Assembly: GCA_029879735.1 (NCBI GenBank)
Contig: JAOUPS010000001.1
Coordinates: 18,831 to 82,830 of the forward strand
Source: Candidatus Bathyarchaeota archaeon
GTDB lineage: Archaea; Thermoproteota; Bathyarchaeia; Bathyarchaeales; Bathycorpusculaceae
Direction of reading: 5' to 3'
DNA: 64,000 bases
In this document: positions 27,190-37,338 of the stretch, in pieces
Layout: each line of letters opens with the position of its first letter
Position numbering within the stretch: the first letter of the stretch is position 1
Position numbers and translations under genes: made by a program
Notes under the pieces: model-generated
What the model saw: only the letters and a program-made list of their open reading frames with translations
Told to the model about the DNA's origin: nothing
Database searches by the model: none

Positions 27190-28351
27190 TTACAAATCTC
27201 CTTAAATTTTCCATAATATACGCAGGTTCATGAATAGTACCCAAAAGCCTTGGAGGTAGGAACTTAACCTCAGCCTCACAACCTACGACTCTCTTAACCT
27301 CATTAACAACTTGTCCCATGTTATTCTCTAAAACCATTATCTTATCTACTTTTCTTGCTAAGTTAAGTATTTCGTCGTCAGGAAAAGGCCATAACGTCAC
27401 CAATCTAACATATCCAATATTTAACCCCTCTTGTCTAGCCTGATTTATTACGTGTTTTGCAGACCTAGCTACACTGCCATACGAGAGGAGAACCACTTCT
27501 GCCTCGTCCAAGTTTTTTGTTTCAACTTTCACTATGTCTTTGTTATGTCTCTGGATCTTTAAGTAAAGCTTACGCACCAAATTGTCAACAAAATTTGGGT
27601 TCTCAACGTTTCTGAATCCCCTTTCATCGTGAGTTGAAGCTGTCACATGAGCTTTGTAGTTAGATCCGAATTTTGGCATAGGTGCGACATTCTCATTGAG
27701 GAAAAAGCTAAATTCATCCTCCACATGTTTTTCAGGTGTTTTTCTCTCAAAGATCTTTATACTAGACAGATCAGGAATTTCCACACTCTCAACCATATGT
27801 CCAACGAGAGCGTCGGACAATAAAATAACTGGTGTTCGATACTTCTCTGCCAAATTAAAAGCTTCAATTGTTAATAGAAACATATCTCCAACGGAAGAAG
27901 GAGCCAAAGCGATAATTGGATATTCTCCGTGGCTTCCATGCCTGGCTTGATAAACGTCGCCTTGCATTGGCAGTGGTGGCGTACCGGTGCTTGGTCCGCA
28001 CCTTTGAACGTCAACTATTACACATGGAGTCTCAGTCATTACAGCGTATCCTATGGTTTCTTGCATCAAACTAAATCCAGGACCAGATGTTGCCGTCATA
28101 GCTTTACTTCCAGCCCACGAAGACCCTACAACTGAAGCAATAGAGCTTATTTCGTCTTCCATTTGAATATAAATGCCTCCTACCTTTGGAAGAAGGGTGG
28201 ACATGTGCAAAGCTATCTCATTAGCTGGGGTTATTGGGTAAAAAGCAAAAAATCTGCATCCAGCAACTATTGCCCCTAACGCGCAAGCCTCGTTTCCCAT
28301 CATAAAATTAGTTCCAGACTCGATAATTTTTTCAGATAATAAAGTTTTCAA
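27182..28351 (-). CDS. 2-oxoacid:ferredoxin oxidoreductase alpha subunit, operon 2
   Basis: GNEACALGAIVAGCRFFAFYPITPANEI and TATSGPGFSLMQETIG motifs. Confidence 0.9.
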   Translation of the reverse strand: MKTLLSEKIIESGTNFMMGNEACALGAIVAGCRFFAFYPITPANEIALHMSTLLPKVGGIYIQMEDEISSIASVVGSSWAGSKAMTATSGPGFSLMQETIGYAVMTETPCVIVDVQRCGPSTGTPPLPMQGDVYQARHGSHGEYPIIALAPSSVGDMFLLTIEAFNLAEKYRTPVILLSDALVGHMVESVEIPDLSSIKIFERKTPEKHVEDEFSFFLNENVAPMPKFGSNYKAHVTASTHDERGFRNVENPNFVDNLVRKLYLKIQRHNKDIVKVETKNLDEAEVVLLSYGSVARSAKHVINQARQEGLNIGYVRLVTLWPFPDDEILNLARKVDKIMVLENNMGQVVNEVKRVVGCEAEVKFLPPRLLGTIHEPAYIMENLRRFVNE

Positions 28352-28584
28352 TCCTCTGCCTCCTTAACTACATGAATTGCCAAGTCAGGACAATAATATT
28401 CGCAAATACGGCAGCCCGTACATTTATTAATTCCGATGGGGATAGGCAGATAAATACCTTGGGAAGACAATTCATCACTCTTGCTGAAAACTTTTAGGGG
28501 GCATACGGATATACATATGTCACACCCTTTACATAATTCTTCATTTACCAGTATTTTTATTGATTTCTTTGCCTGAGCTTTCAA
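28348..28584 (-). CDS. 2-oxoacid:ferredoxin oxidoreductase delta subunit (2x[4Fe-4S]), operon 2
   Basis: CKGCDICISVCP and CTGCRICEYYCP motifs. It is the first gene of the delta-alpha-beta-gamma operon, with a TTG start. Confidence 0.85.
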   Translation of the reverse strand: MKAQAKKSIKILVNEELCKGCDICISVCPLKVFSKSDELSSQGIYLPIPIGINKCTGCRICEYYCPDLAIHVVKEAED

Positions 28585-29149
28585 CGATTTTTCACCCCTG
28601 CATGATATTTTTAGTTTTGTATTCTAGCATTCTGTTACCGCCAATCTTCATCGCTGTATACGCCTCACCAAGCTCCATTACACCTTTAACCATACGAATT
28701 TACTTTAAACTCAACACATACTCAGGTTGGACTTTTATACGATATTTTCGTTGTTAATGCAATAGGCAGAACCACTTTTGTGTTATATGTTATCGGATTT
28801 CGACTTTGAGGCTTACTTGCATTTTGCCCTGACGGCGAATGTTCAAGAATAGTTTGCTATCTCCTTGGTTTATATAAACATTACGTGCGTGAATAATGTT
28901 AATTTATTATGGTTTAGAAGAATTCAGAGCACCAACTCAGAATAGCGTTTATGTTTCAAAATGAGCGCTTTTGATATTTATTCTACGAGATCACAAATCT
29001 GAAAAGTTGAGTTGGTTATTATGGTTTTGAATTACCTGTATTATCAAAGTATAAGCAGTTGGTGTATCTTGTAAGAAGCCATGGCTATTTGTTACTTATC
29101 GCAGTGAGATGTTTAATAAGAGTTAAGGCTATTCTCATCTTATTAATAG

Positions 29150-30310
29150 TTGGGTGATAGAATGTCAAAAAGAGTTTCGTCTGTTCCTTTATCAGGCGTC
29201 AGAAAGATAATGGAATATGCCAAGGGATTACAGGACATAATACCTCTTAATATAGGTGAGCCGGATTTCGTAACTCCTAAACATATACGAGAGGCTGCAA
29301 AGAAATCAATAGATGAAGGGTTCACTCACTATACTACAATAAAAGGTATCCCGGAAATACGTAGAGCTATTGCCGAGAAATTAATGAATGAAAACAAGAT
29401 GGATGTGGATCCTGAAAATGAAATACTAGTAACAGCTGGCACACAGGCAGCCTTCTCTGCAGTTTGCCAAGCGTTACTTGATCCAGGCGATGAGGTGATC
29501 GTGCAAGACCCATTTTATTCAGGATATGAAGTTGCCCTTCGAATAGCAGGGGCTAAAATTGTTCCTGTATCCGTAAGGGAGCAAAAATATTTCGCCATAA
29601 ATCCAAACGAAATTAAAGAAAAGGTTACGGATAAAACAAAGATGGTGGTTTTGATTTCCCCAAACAATCCCACAGGGAATGTGTTAAACAAACATACGCT
29701 CAATGAGATTTCAGATATAGCTAATGATCATGACTTATTGGTTGTTTCAGATGAAATATACGAAAAAATAACATACGATGATGTAGTAAACTACAGTATA
29801 GGTTCCATTCCGGGCATGGAAGATAGAACTATAACTATAAACGGTTTCTCTAAGACTTATGCCATGACGGGGTGGCGAATTGGATTCGTAACAGCTTGTG
29901 AAAAGCTAATGGGGAATATAAGTAAAGTTCATCATTCCATGAACGTTTGTGCTTGCTCTATATCTCAGAGAGCTGCTCTCGTTGCGTTAACTGGTCCACA
30001 AGATTGTGTGACTAAAATGGTTAAAGAATATGATAAGAGAAGACGCGAGATAACGAACTTGTTGAATAAAACACCTGGTTTTGAATGTAAGATTCCGAAA
30101 GGTGCCTTTTATGTCTTCCCCAACGTTAAACAATTTAAGATGTCTTCAATGGAATTAGCCAAACTCCTTATTAAGAAAGCGAGAGTTGTAACTGTGCCTG
30201 GCTCAGCGTTCGGAAAGAATGGGGAAGGATATTTAAGGCTCTCATATGCTACATCTTTGGAGAAAATCAGAGAAGCGCTTGCAAGGATTAAAAAAGTATT
30301 AACAGGTTAG
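29150..30310 (+). CDS. class I aspartate aminotransferase-like
   Basis: GEPDFVTP, SPNNPTG and NGFSKTYAMTGWRIGF motifs. Confidence 0.85.
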   Translation: MGDRMSKRVSSVPLSGVRKIMEYAKGLQDIIPLNIGEPDFVTPKHIREAAKKSIDEGFTHYTTIKGIPEIRRAIAEKLMNENKMDVDPENEILVTAGTQAAFSAVCQALLDPGDEVIVQDPFYSGYEVALRIAGAKIVPVSVREQKYFAINPNEIKEKVTDKTKMVVLISPNNPTGNVLNKHTLNEISDIANDHDLLVVSDEIYEKITYDDVVNYSIGSIPGMEDRTITINGFSKTYAMTGWRIGFVTACEKLMGNISKVHHSMNVCACSISQRAALVALTGPQDCVTKMVKEYDKRRREITNLLNKTPGFECKIPKGAFYVFPNVKQFKMSSMELAKLLIKKARVVTVPGSAFGKNGEGYLRLSYATSLEKIREALARIKKVLTG

Positions 30311-30498
30311 GTATCTAGGAGAGTGTTTCTTTAAAAATGAACTTCCTTCCAAGCATAATAATTTTAATAGAGATAGTGGATAACCACTGTTTTGGATCAG
30401 TCCAAAAGGTGAGCAGGAACGTTATATTTGTACGTTGTACTAATTTCACCTTTTCACGAACTCGTGTAGATTTTTATCTCTAAACAGGAGATGAAATC

Positions 30499-31638
30499 AT
30501 GAGACTCTTTGAGTACGAGGCAAAAGAAATTTTCAAAAAGTTTGGCATTCCCGTACCTAAAGGCTTAGTTGTTAGATCGGCAAAGGAAGCTGCTTCAGCT
30601 GCAAAACAGATACGCTTGCCAGTCGCGGTTAAGGCGCAAATACTTGTTGGAGGTAGAGGAAATGCTGGTGGAATCAAATTTACAAGCGACTTAGACGAAG
30701 TTATAGCGGAAACAAAAAAGTTGATAAACAGAAGGATTAAGGGTCGTAAGGTGAAAATGGTTCTAATTGAAGAAAAACTGGACATCCAAAATGAGTACTA
30801 TATGGGAGTGACCATCGATCAACTTTCTGGGAAGCCTATTTTAATGTTTTCAACTGAAGGTGGAGTTGATGTTGAGACCATAGCCAAGAAGAAACCTGAA
30901 ATGCTTATCTCCAAAAAAATAAGTGTTTCCCGCGGTTTTTTCCAGTTCGAAGCTCGGGACATGTGCATGCAGCTAGGATTAAAAGGTTCAACCCTTCTAA
31001 AGGTAGGCAGTATTCTTCACAAGCTGTATGAAGTTTTTATTGGTTATGACGCAATGATAGCTGAGATAAACCCTCTCATCATAACGAGTAATGGTGAACC
31101 GTATGCTGTTGACGCAAAACTAGAGGTTGATGATAACGCCTTGTTTCGACAACCAAACCTTGAACTGAATTTAAGCACAAGATATGAGGACAAGATAAAG
31201 ATTGAAGCCATTAAACATGGGCTTTCATATGTAAGGCTTGACGGAGACATAGGAGTTATAGGATCCGGAGCCGGATTAACTATGGCCACTATCGACCTCA
31301 TTACGGACTTTGGAGGGAAACCAGCAAACTTCCTTGAAACTGGAGGTGGAATAACAGAAGAACTCATGACTAAAGCTGTTGAACTTGTGCTTAAGGATAG
31401 GCGACTCAAGGGACTTTTAATTAATCTCTATGGCGGCATAAACCCCATGCCTTCAGCCGCAAAAGGCATAGTTAAGGCTTATGAAAAGTTAAAACCGAAG
31501 ATACCTGTGTTGGTTAAACTTGTTGGCAACCAGCAAGAGGAGGCATGGAACATACTTGGAAATTATGCCATCCCTATCGCAAAAAAGATTCAAACTGAGA
31601 AGGCTGTTGAGAAGTTGATGAACTTGTTAGGTGGCTGA
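30499..31638 (+). CDS. sucC: succinyl-CoA synthetase beta-subunit-like ATP-grasp protein, copy 2
   Basis: MRLFEYEAKEIFKKFGIPVPKG, VAVKAQILVGGRG and EINPL motifs. Confidence 0.8.
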   Translation: MRLFEYEAKEIFKKFGIPVPKGLVVRSAKEAASAAKQIRLPVAVKAQILVGGRGNAGGIKFTSDLDEVIAETKKLINRRIKGRKVKMVLIEEKLDIQNEYYMGVTIDQLSGKPILMFSTEGGVDVETIAKKKPEMLISKKISVSRGFFQFEARDMCMQLGLKGSTLLKVGSILHKLYEVFIGYDAMIAEINPLIITSNGEPYAVDAKLEVDDNALFRQPNLELNLSTRYEDKIKIEAIKHGLSYVRLDGDIGVIGSGAGLTMATIDLITDFGGKPANFLETGGGITEELMTKAVELVLKDRRLKGLLINLYGGINPMPSAAKGIVKAYEKLKPKIPVLVKLVGNQQEEAWNILGNYAIPIAKKIQTEKAVEKLMNLLGG

Positions 31639-31643
31639 TGTAA

Positions 31644-32510
31644 ATGTGCATTTTTGTAGATGAGAATACCCGAACCGTTGTTCAAGGCATAACCGGCAAT
31701 GTGGGAGAAGTCCAAACAAAACTCATGCTGGAGTATGGATCTAAGATAGTTGCAGGGGTTACTCCTGGGAAGGGTGGTATGGCCGTCCACAGTGTGCCAG
31801 TATACGATAATGTCAAAGAGGCGGTTGCAGAACATGCTGCAGACGCTTCAATTTTATTTGTTCCTCCCTTATTTGCAAAAGATGCGGTTATCGAAGCTAT
31901 AGACTCCGATATTAAACTGTTAGTAGTAATAACTGAACACATTCCAATACATGATACAATGTATATGAGGGAGTATAGTAGATGTGCAGGAGCGAGAATG
32001 ATCGGTCCGACAACCCCGGGGATTATATGCCCTGGAAAAACAAAAATTGGAATAACGCCTGCAAATGTTTTTTTGGAAGGTAATGTGGGGATAATCTCTA
32101 GAAGTGGGACCTTGCTGTATGAGATTGCTGGCAATCTGTCCTTAGCTGAAATTGGACAAAGTTCTTGTTTGGGAATCGGCGCAGATCCGGTGATTGGTAC
32201 AGACATGAAGGAGATATTGGAACTTTTCGAAAAGGATGAACAAACGAAACTTGTAGTAATAGTTGGTGAAATAGGTGGGGTTCAAGAAGAAGAGGCCGCC
32301 AAATTTATTAAGCATGAAATGAGCAAGCCGGTTATTGCATACGTGGCTGGCAAGGTAGCACCTCGAGAGAAAAAAATGGGCCATGCAGGTGCAATAATAC
32401 TAGGAGAAAAAGGCACAGCTAAAAGCAAGATGGATGTTCTCATAAAGGCGGGAGTTGAAATTGCAAACAAGCCGTCGGAAATAGCAAAAATCGCCAGAAT
32501 TCACCTTTAG
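31644..32510 (+). CDS. sucD: succinyl-CoA synthetase alpha-subunit-like protein, copy 2
   Basis: VVQGITGNVG motif and the phosphohistidine loop MGHAGAII. Confidence 0.8.
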   Translation: MCIFVDENTRTVVQGITGNVGEVQTKLMLEYGSKIVAGVTPGKGGMAVHSVPVYDNVKEAVAEHAADASILFVPPLFAKDAVIEAIDSDIKLLVVITEHIPIHDTMYMREYSRCAGARMIGPTTPGIICPGKTKIGITPANVFLEGNVGIISRSGTLLYEIAGNLSLAEIGQSSCLGIGADPVIGTDMKEILELFEKDEQTKLVVIVGEIGGVQEEEAAKFIKHEMSKPVIAYVAGKVAPREKKMGHAGAIILGEKGTAKSKMDVLIKAGVEIANKPSEIAKIARIHL

Positions 32511-32698
32511 TATAGTAATGCTGGAATAATGTAAATATAAATAAATGGTTGTCTAAGCTTGGGATAGCGTGCGTTGCTGCTAGTTATCCTGCGTCCCCCG
32601 TTGTAAGAACTATTAAATACTGAATTTAACCCTTAATTAATTAGAGCAGGATTTTAGTTCATGGATAACTGAATGAGCGCATAAATCTTCGTTATGTC

Positions 32699-34036
32699 TC
32701 AATACGACCCTAAAACGCGCGCGCTTTCACTAAGGATTGATTTTTTAACTATTTGCCTGATTTTTTCTATGTCTTCGCTTAACACTCTGTCTTCGCTGAG
32801 CACTGGCACGGTCTTTCTTACAGTTAAGTAGGCCATCTTTGTTCCTTTTCCAAGCTTTTCTGAACCATGAAACTCTACTGCTTGAACTGCACAAAGCAGT
32901 TCTATAGCCACTATGTACTCCACACTCTTCAGTATTTGCGTGGCTTTTTGAGCTGCACTAACCCCCATGCTCACAAAGTCTTCAAAGTTCGCTGAAGTCG
33001 GAATCGAATCTACACATGCTGGATGCGCCAGAACCTTGTTTTCTGATGCCAGTGCAGCAGCTGTATACTGCACAGTCATCAAACCACTGTTTAATCCCTT
33101 TTTCGCTTCTGGCGGAATCAAGAATGCTGGCAATCCATTGTTTAGTTTCTCGTCGAGAAGTCTTGCTGTTCTCCTCTCCGAAATGTTACCAACAATTGTT
33201 AGGGCTAAGCCAAGCAGGTCCATCGCAAGAGATATTGGCTGACCGTGAAAGTTGCCTCCCGAAAGACAGATCTCATCCTCTGGAAAAACCAGAGGATTAT
33301 CAGTGGCCGAGTTAATCTCAACTTCCACTGCGCTTCTTGCGTATGCGATTGCGTCTCTTGCGGCACCCAAAACTTGGGGTACACATCTCAAGCTATAAGG
33401 GTCATGGGGACGATGCAGCTTCTCCATAGCTTCCTTTCCCGTTTGAACAAGCCTGCTTCCAGCAATCAGTTCCCTAATGTTCTTAGCAGTTATGGCTTGA
33501 CCTTCATGCGGTCTGACCATGTGGATTCTCTCGTCGAAGGCATCAGAAACTCCCAGCAAGGCTTCAAGGGTCAAAGCAGTTGCAACTTCCCACGTCTTAA
33601 TCAATTTTTCAGCGTCGTGGATCGTTAAAGCTGCAATTGCTGTCATCAATTGTGTGCCATTGTTTAGCGCTATTCCCTCCTTAAACTCCAGCTGAACCGG
33701 TCTTATTCCAGCTTTTTCCATAGCCTCTTTTCCCGTCATCACTCTGCCTTGATATTCAGCTTTTCCTTCGCCCATAAGCACCAGAATCATATGAGATAGA
33801 GGAGCCAGGTCTCCGCTTGCGCCAACGGAACCTTTAGCGGGAATTATAGGGTGCACTCTTTTATTCAGCATTTCTACAAGAGTTTCTAATCGTATGCCAC
33901 AATAGCCCTTAGCTAATGTATTTATGCGCAAAAGCATTAAAGCGCGAACGATTTCTGTACTTAAGGCTCCAAAACCAGTGTTCACGCCGTAGATTACTTG
34001 GTTTTCCTTTAAGAGTTGAATGTCTTTTGAAGTCTC
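32699..34036 (-). pseudogene. histidine/aromatic-amino-acid ammonia-lyase (MIO) family gene, N-terminally disrupted
   Basis: MIO motif GSVGASGDLAPLSH, and NGTQ, QDPYSLRC-like (HDPYSLRC) and SANFEDFVSM motifs are present. Homology (QVIYGVNTGFG) runs upstream of the GTG start into a TGA stop at 34037-34039. About 28 aa are missing between NTGFG and VRALMLLR relative to canonical HutH, as recalled from P. putida HutH. Confidence 0.65.
32716..32724. repeat. (CG)4C motif locus
   Basis: aaaaCGCGCGCGCtttc, within the last codons of the ammonia-lyase pseudogene. Confidence 0.9.
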
Positions 34037-34168
34037 TCAACTGTCTATTAAGCCACTTATCTTTCTTCAAAAACGCTCGAAAGTCCGTTGGCACAAGATT
34101 AGTGCATGTGTTAAATCTTATATGACTTTGCGTGTGATTATGCTTGCGAAGGTAAACTTCGCAGAATA

Positions 34169-35344
34169 GTGGTGGGAATATTGTTTGAAGGTTCTAACAG
34201 AGTCGGCTTGGTAAAGCCTTCGGCGATTCGGAGGATGCTTGAGCTTTCAAGTGGGATGAAGAATGTTGTTCACTTGGAGCAGGGTGAGCCAGACTTTACA
34301 ACGCCAAGGCACATCTTGAAGGCAGCTGTAGAGGCCACTGAGAAAGGTTTTACGCACTACACGGAAATTGATGGGACGCTGGAACTGCGCCAGGCTATAG
34401 CTGAAAAGCTTGAAAGGGAGAATGATATTGATGCTGACCCAAAAACCGAGGTCACAGTAACCTCTGGTTCGCAAGAAGCCATGTTGATTGCCGCGCTGGG
34501 ATTTCTAGATTCTGGAGACGAAGCCCTAATTCTTGATCCATACTATCCCGCGTGTTTTGAAGACACACTGTTGGCAGAAGCTGTGCCTATCCCAGTTCCA
34601 CTCGACGAAGGAAAGAACTACGAAATAGAGATGGAAGTCCTGGAGAACAAAATAACGAAAAGAACCAAAATGATCTGGCTGTGTAATCCATCCAATCCAA
34701 CAGGACATGTATTCTCAAAACAAGACCTAGAAATCATAGCTGAGGTAGCGCAGAAAAACAACCTGGTAGTCTTCAGTGACGAAATATATGAGAAAATCGT
34801 CTACGACGGTGCAAGGCACATCAGTATAGGTTCTTTACCTGGCATGAAAAAGCGAACAATCACAGTAATCGGTTTCTCAAAAGCATACGCAATGACCGGC
34901 TGGAGGATCGGATACACAGTTGCTGAAAAGAAGCTCTCCGCCATCTTGCGCAAACTACACTACTACGCAGTCCTATGTCCAAACGCGATCTCGCAGAAGG
35001 CAGCTCTCGCCGCGTTAACCGGACCGCAAGACTGCGTCAAAGAAATGGTAACAGAGTACAACCGAAGAAGAGAACTGGTGCTTGACAAACTTGACAAGAT
35101 CGAGTCTTTGCCCTATACAAAACCGAAAGGAACATTCTACGTTTTTCCAAACTTTTCAACCTACGAAAAATCGGATGAATCACTCGCGACGTACTTATTG
35201 AAAGAAGCCGGAGTAGTCACTGCACCTGGATCAGGCTTTGGAAGAGCCGGCGAAGGGCACCTGAGAATATCCTACTCCGTCTCCTATGAACAAGTTAATG
35301 AAGGAATGGAGCGGATCAGAAGGTGCCTGGAACACAAAGCATAG
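34169..35344 (+). CDS. class I aspartate aminotransferase-like
   Basis: GEPDFTTP, NPSNPTG and IGFSKAYAMTGWRIGY motifs. Confidence 0.85.
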   Translation: MVGILFEGSNRVGLVKPSAIRRMLELSSGMKNVVHLEQGEPDFTTPRHILKAAVEATEKGFTHYTEIDGTLELRQAIAEKLERENDIDADPKTEVTVTSGSQEAMLIAALGFLDSGDEALILDPYYPACFEDTLLAEAVPIPVPLDEGKNYEIEMEVLENKITKRTKMIWLCNPSNPTGHVFSKQDLEIIAEVAQKNNLVVFSDEIYEKIVYDGARHISIGSLPGMKKRTITVIGFSKAYAMTGWRIGYTVAEKKLSAILRKLHYYAVLCPNAISQKAALAALTGPQDCVKEMVTEYNRRRELVLDKLDKIESLPYTKPKGTFYVFPNFSTYEKSDESLATYLLKEAGVVTAPGSGFGRAGEGHLRISYSVSYEQVNEGMERIRRCLEHKA

Positions 35345-35371
35345 ACCTTAGCGCGTGCATTTCATAACGTG

Positions 35372-35722
35372 TCAGCTTCTTGTAGTCATGCTCGTACTCA
35401 GTGTCTGGTTCTGTTTTGCCATGTCTTCCAGCTTTTTCATTGTTAGAAGCAACATCTTGTTGATGATCATGTCTGGTTTTGTACCCAGCTTCTCAGCTAT
35501 CTTCTCAACCCTCATGTAGAACCGCTTCTCCAAGACAATATTAACAAACCCCGTGTTGGCGTAATTCCTTATTGTCAAGATTTTTTCTTGCGGATCTGAA
35601 AACAAAAGCTCGTCGTATCCAGTTGCAAGATGTGCAACTGAACCATCAGAATAAAACCTGTTTTGGAGCCGTTTAGGATTGGTGCCTACGCTACTATTTT
35701 TTGAAAGATTAACTGTGAGCAC
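35372..35722 (-). pseudogene. 5-prime-truncated ParB-like gene copy (copy B; C-terminal domain only)
   Basis: KILTIRNYANTGFVNIVLEKRFYMRVEKIAEKLGTKPDMIINKMLLLTMKKLEDMAK is near-identical to the C-terminus of ORF 41203..41934. The ParB/Srx N-terminal domain is absent. Confidence 0.7.
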
Positions 35723-35771
35723 GGGTGCTTTGTGAGTGGCTTGTTGGAAAGTGTAAGTATAAATGGAAGTT

Positions 35772-36332
35772 TTATTTTGGAATGTTTTTGGGTGATTTTG
35801 TTTTTCTTAGTTCCTTAATTATTGCACGGTATACAATTGAGTCTATTCTGAACTTGACTTTAATTAGGTTGTCAAGTATTTCTTGTGCTTCATTAATTGA
35901 GATTAAACCCTTTCTGTGAGCTTGGACTAGGATGCCGCAGGTTCCGATTGGTTTGATTTTTAGTATCCTCGAAACTCTTCTGGCTTCCTTGTCGTCTACA
36001 ATGAAGATGTCGGCGTTTAATTGTTTGCAGAGTTTCAATGCTTGTTTCTCTCCTAGACCGATTTTGTCGTTCTCATCCAAGAACGCGTATTTTAGATCGG
36101 TTTCAGCCTTTATTCTTTCTTTAAGAATCCATCTGCCAACTGCTTCTTCTATGATTGATGCGTCGGTGATTTTGAGGATTTTTCCTTGTGTGACGGCTTC
36201 GTTGAATACTGCTTCGGGTATCCAGACTTTTCCGTAAACATTCTTGACCAAGTTTAACCTGCTGATTTTGGCTAAGTAGATTAGAGGACTTGAGTTGGAA
36301 ACGACTTTTGGCTGGATTCTATCCACGTCCAA
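35772..36332 (-). CDS. DUF3368/COG2405 PIN-like toxin
   Basis: VVSNSSPLIYLAKISRLNLVKNVYGKVWIPEAVFNEAV N-terminus. It overlaps the upstream antitoxin gene by 14 nt. Confidence 0.75.
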   Translation of the reverse strand: MDVDRIQPKVVSNSSPLIYLAKISRLNLVKNVYGKVWIPEAVFNEAVTQGKILKITDASIIEEAVGRWILKERIKAETDLKYAFLDENDKIGLGEKQALKLCKQLNADIFIVDDKEARRVSRILKIKPIGTCGILVQAHRKGLISINEAQEILDNLIKVKFRIDSIVYRAIIKELRKTKSPKNIPK

Positions 36333-36642
36333 GCGTCTTCATGTCTTCTTCAAAGTCTTCAGCATCGTACTGAAGGACGATCTTTCTTTTTTCTAGTGCG
36401 TCGATTATCTCCCAGATTGAGAGTCCGGCTGTTTCTGCGGCTCTGGATAAGGTGATTGTTCCATTTCGGTAGAGTTCGAGGGCTTTTTTGAGGGCCCATT
36501 CTCTTGTGTACTGCTCTAGCGCTCTATCTAGAATGGTTGATTTGTCTACTTTCTCTTCATGAGCGATTTCTTCAATTAGTTTAACGCGGTCTTTTGGCAG
36601 TCTTGCTGATATGACTTGTGACGGTTTCTTCAATTTGACCAC
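36319..36642 (-). CDS. UPF0175/COG2886 antitoxin with RHH-like N-terminus
   Basis: ALELYRNGTITLSRAAETAGLSIWEIIDALEKRKI matches the UPF0175 signature. It is paired with the DUF3368 gene. Confidence 0.75.
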   Translation of the reverse strand: MVKLKKPSQVISARLPKDRVKLIEEIAHEEKVDKSTILDRALEQYTREWALKKALELYRNGTITLSRAAETAGLSIWEIIDALEKRKIVLQYDAEDFEEDMKTLGRG

Positions 36643-36871
36643 TTGTATACAATATAAGATGATGTCTACATATTTAAATCCTTCTGTGAAGGCTTCCTGA
36701 AAACCCAGTACAGCCTAACAACAAACAAGGTTAGAGGACTAAAAAAGTCACCGTCTACGCCCTCTACAGCACACTCAGCATAGTCCTAACAAGAGAAGCA
36801 GCAATAAACATCGGAAGACCAGACAAAGCAGCCTCACAACATACTTCAACACATAATTTCGGGACAAGCCA

Positions 36872-36877
36872 GCGCGC
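36872..36877. repeat. GCGCGC motif locus
   Basis: ccaGCGCGCtcg, 6 nt downstream of the AcnX small subunit stop. Confidence 0.8.
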
Positions 36878-36882
36878 TCGAT

Positions 36883-37338
36883 TCAAGAAGTTACGTCGCG
36901 ATTGTGCCAGACTTCCTGCCTTGTTATTGTGACTACACCCTTTTCAGCATCTACCTTAATGAAGTCGCCGGTGCGAATGACCTCAAACGGGTCCTTTTCC
37001 AATTTGTCTACCAGAGGAACCTTCGCTATGAACGCACTGACGACGAGCACTGTCTCCACATCCTTAACAATCATTGCTCTGGGAGCAACATTATTTGAGG
37101 CTAGCTTATAAAGGCCGTCAATCTGAACCACCGAACTGGCCTTTCCCGACGGAAACACAAGCACCTTATCTGCGAGGTTCTTTCCAGCCAATTCATGGGT
37201 TCTCTCTCTAACCATGCCCGTCTTGGGATCTGTTAGGTAGAAGCAGATGGGCTCATGAGAAACCAGAGCCTCACCTTCCCCGTAGCCGCCTATAATCCGG
37301 TGACATTTCAACGCGATCTCCAAACTTTTCATCCCCAT
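36883..37338 (-). CDS. aconitase X swivel-domain small subunit (DUF126)
   Basis: GYGEGEALVSHEPICFY...LAGKNLADKVLVFPSGKASSV...VAPRAMIV pattern. It overlaps the large subunit gene by 10 nt. Confidence 0.8.
   Translation of the reverse strand: MGMKSLEIALKCHRIIGGYGEGEALVSHEPICFYLTDPKTGMVRERTHELAGKNLADKVLVFPSGKASSVVQIDGLYKLASNNVAPRAMIVKDVETVLVVSAFIAKVPLVDKLEKDPFEVIRTGDFIKVDAEKGVVTITRQEVWHNRDVTS

Noticed and set aside
36700-36880. Open coding-like frame KKVTVYALYSTLSIVLTREAAINIGRPDKAA between the antitoxin gene and the GCGCGC locus
   Set aside because: It has no start codon, no recognisable family and is short. It is noted only as a possible further gene remnant adjacent to a motif locus.
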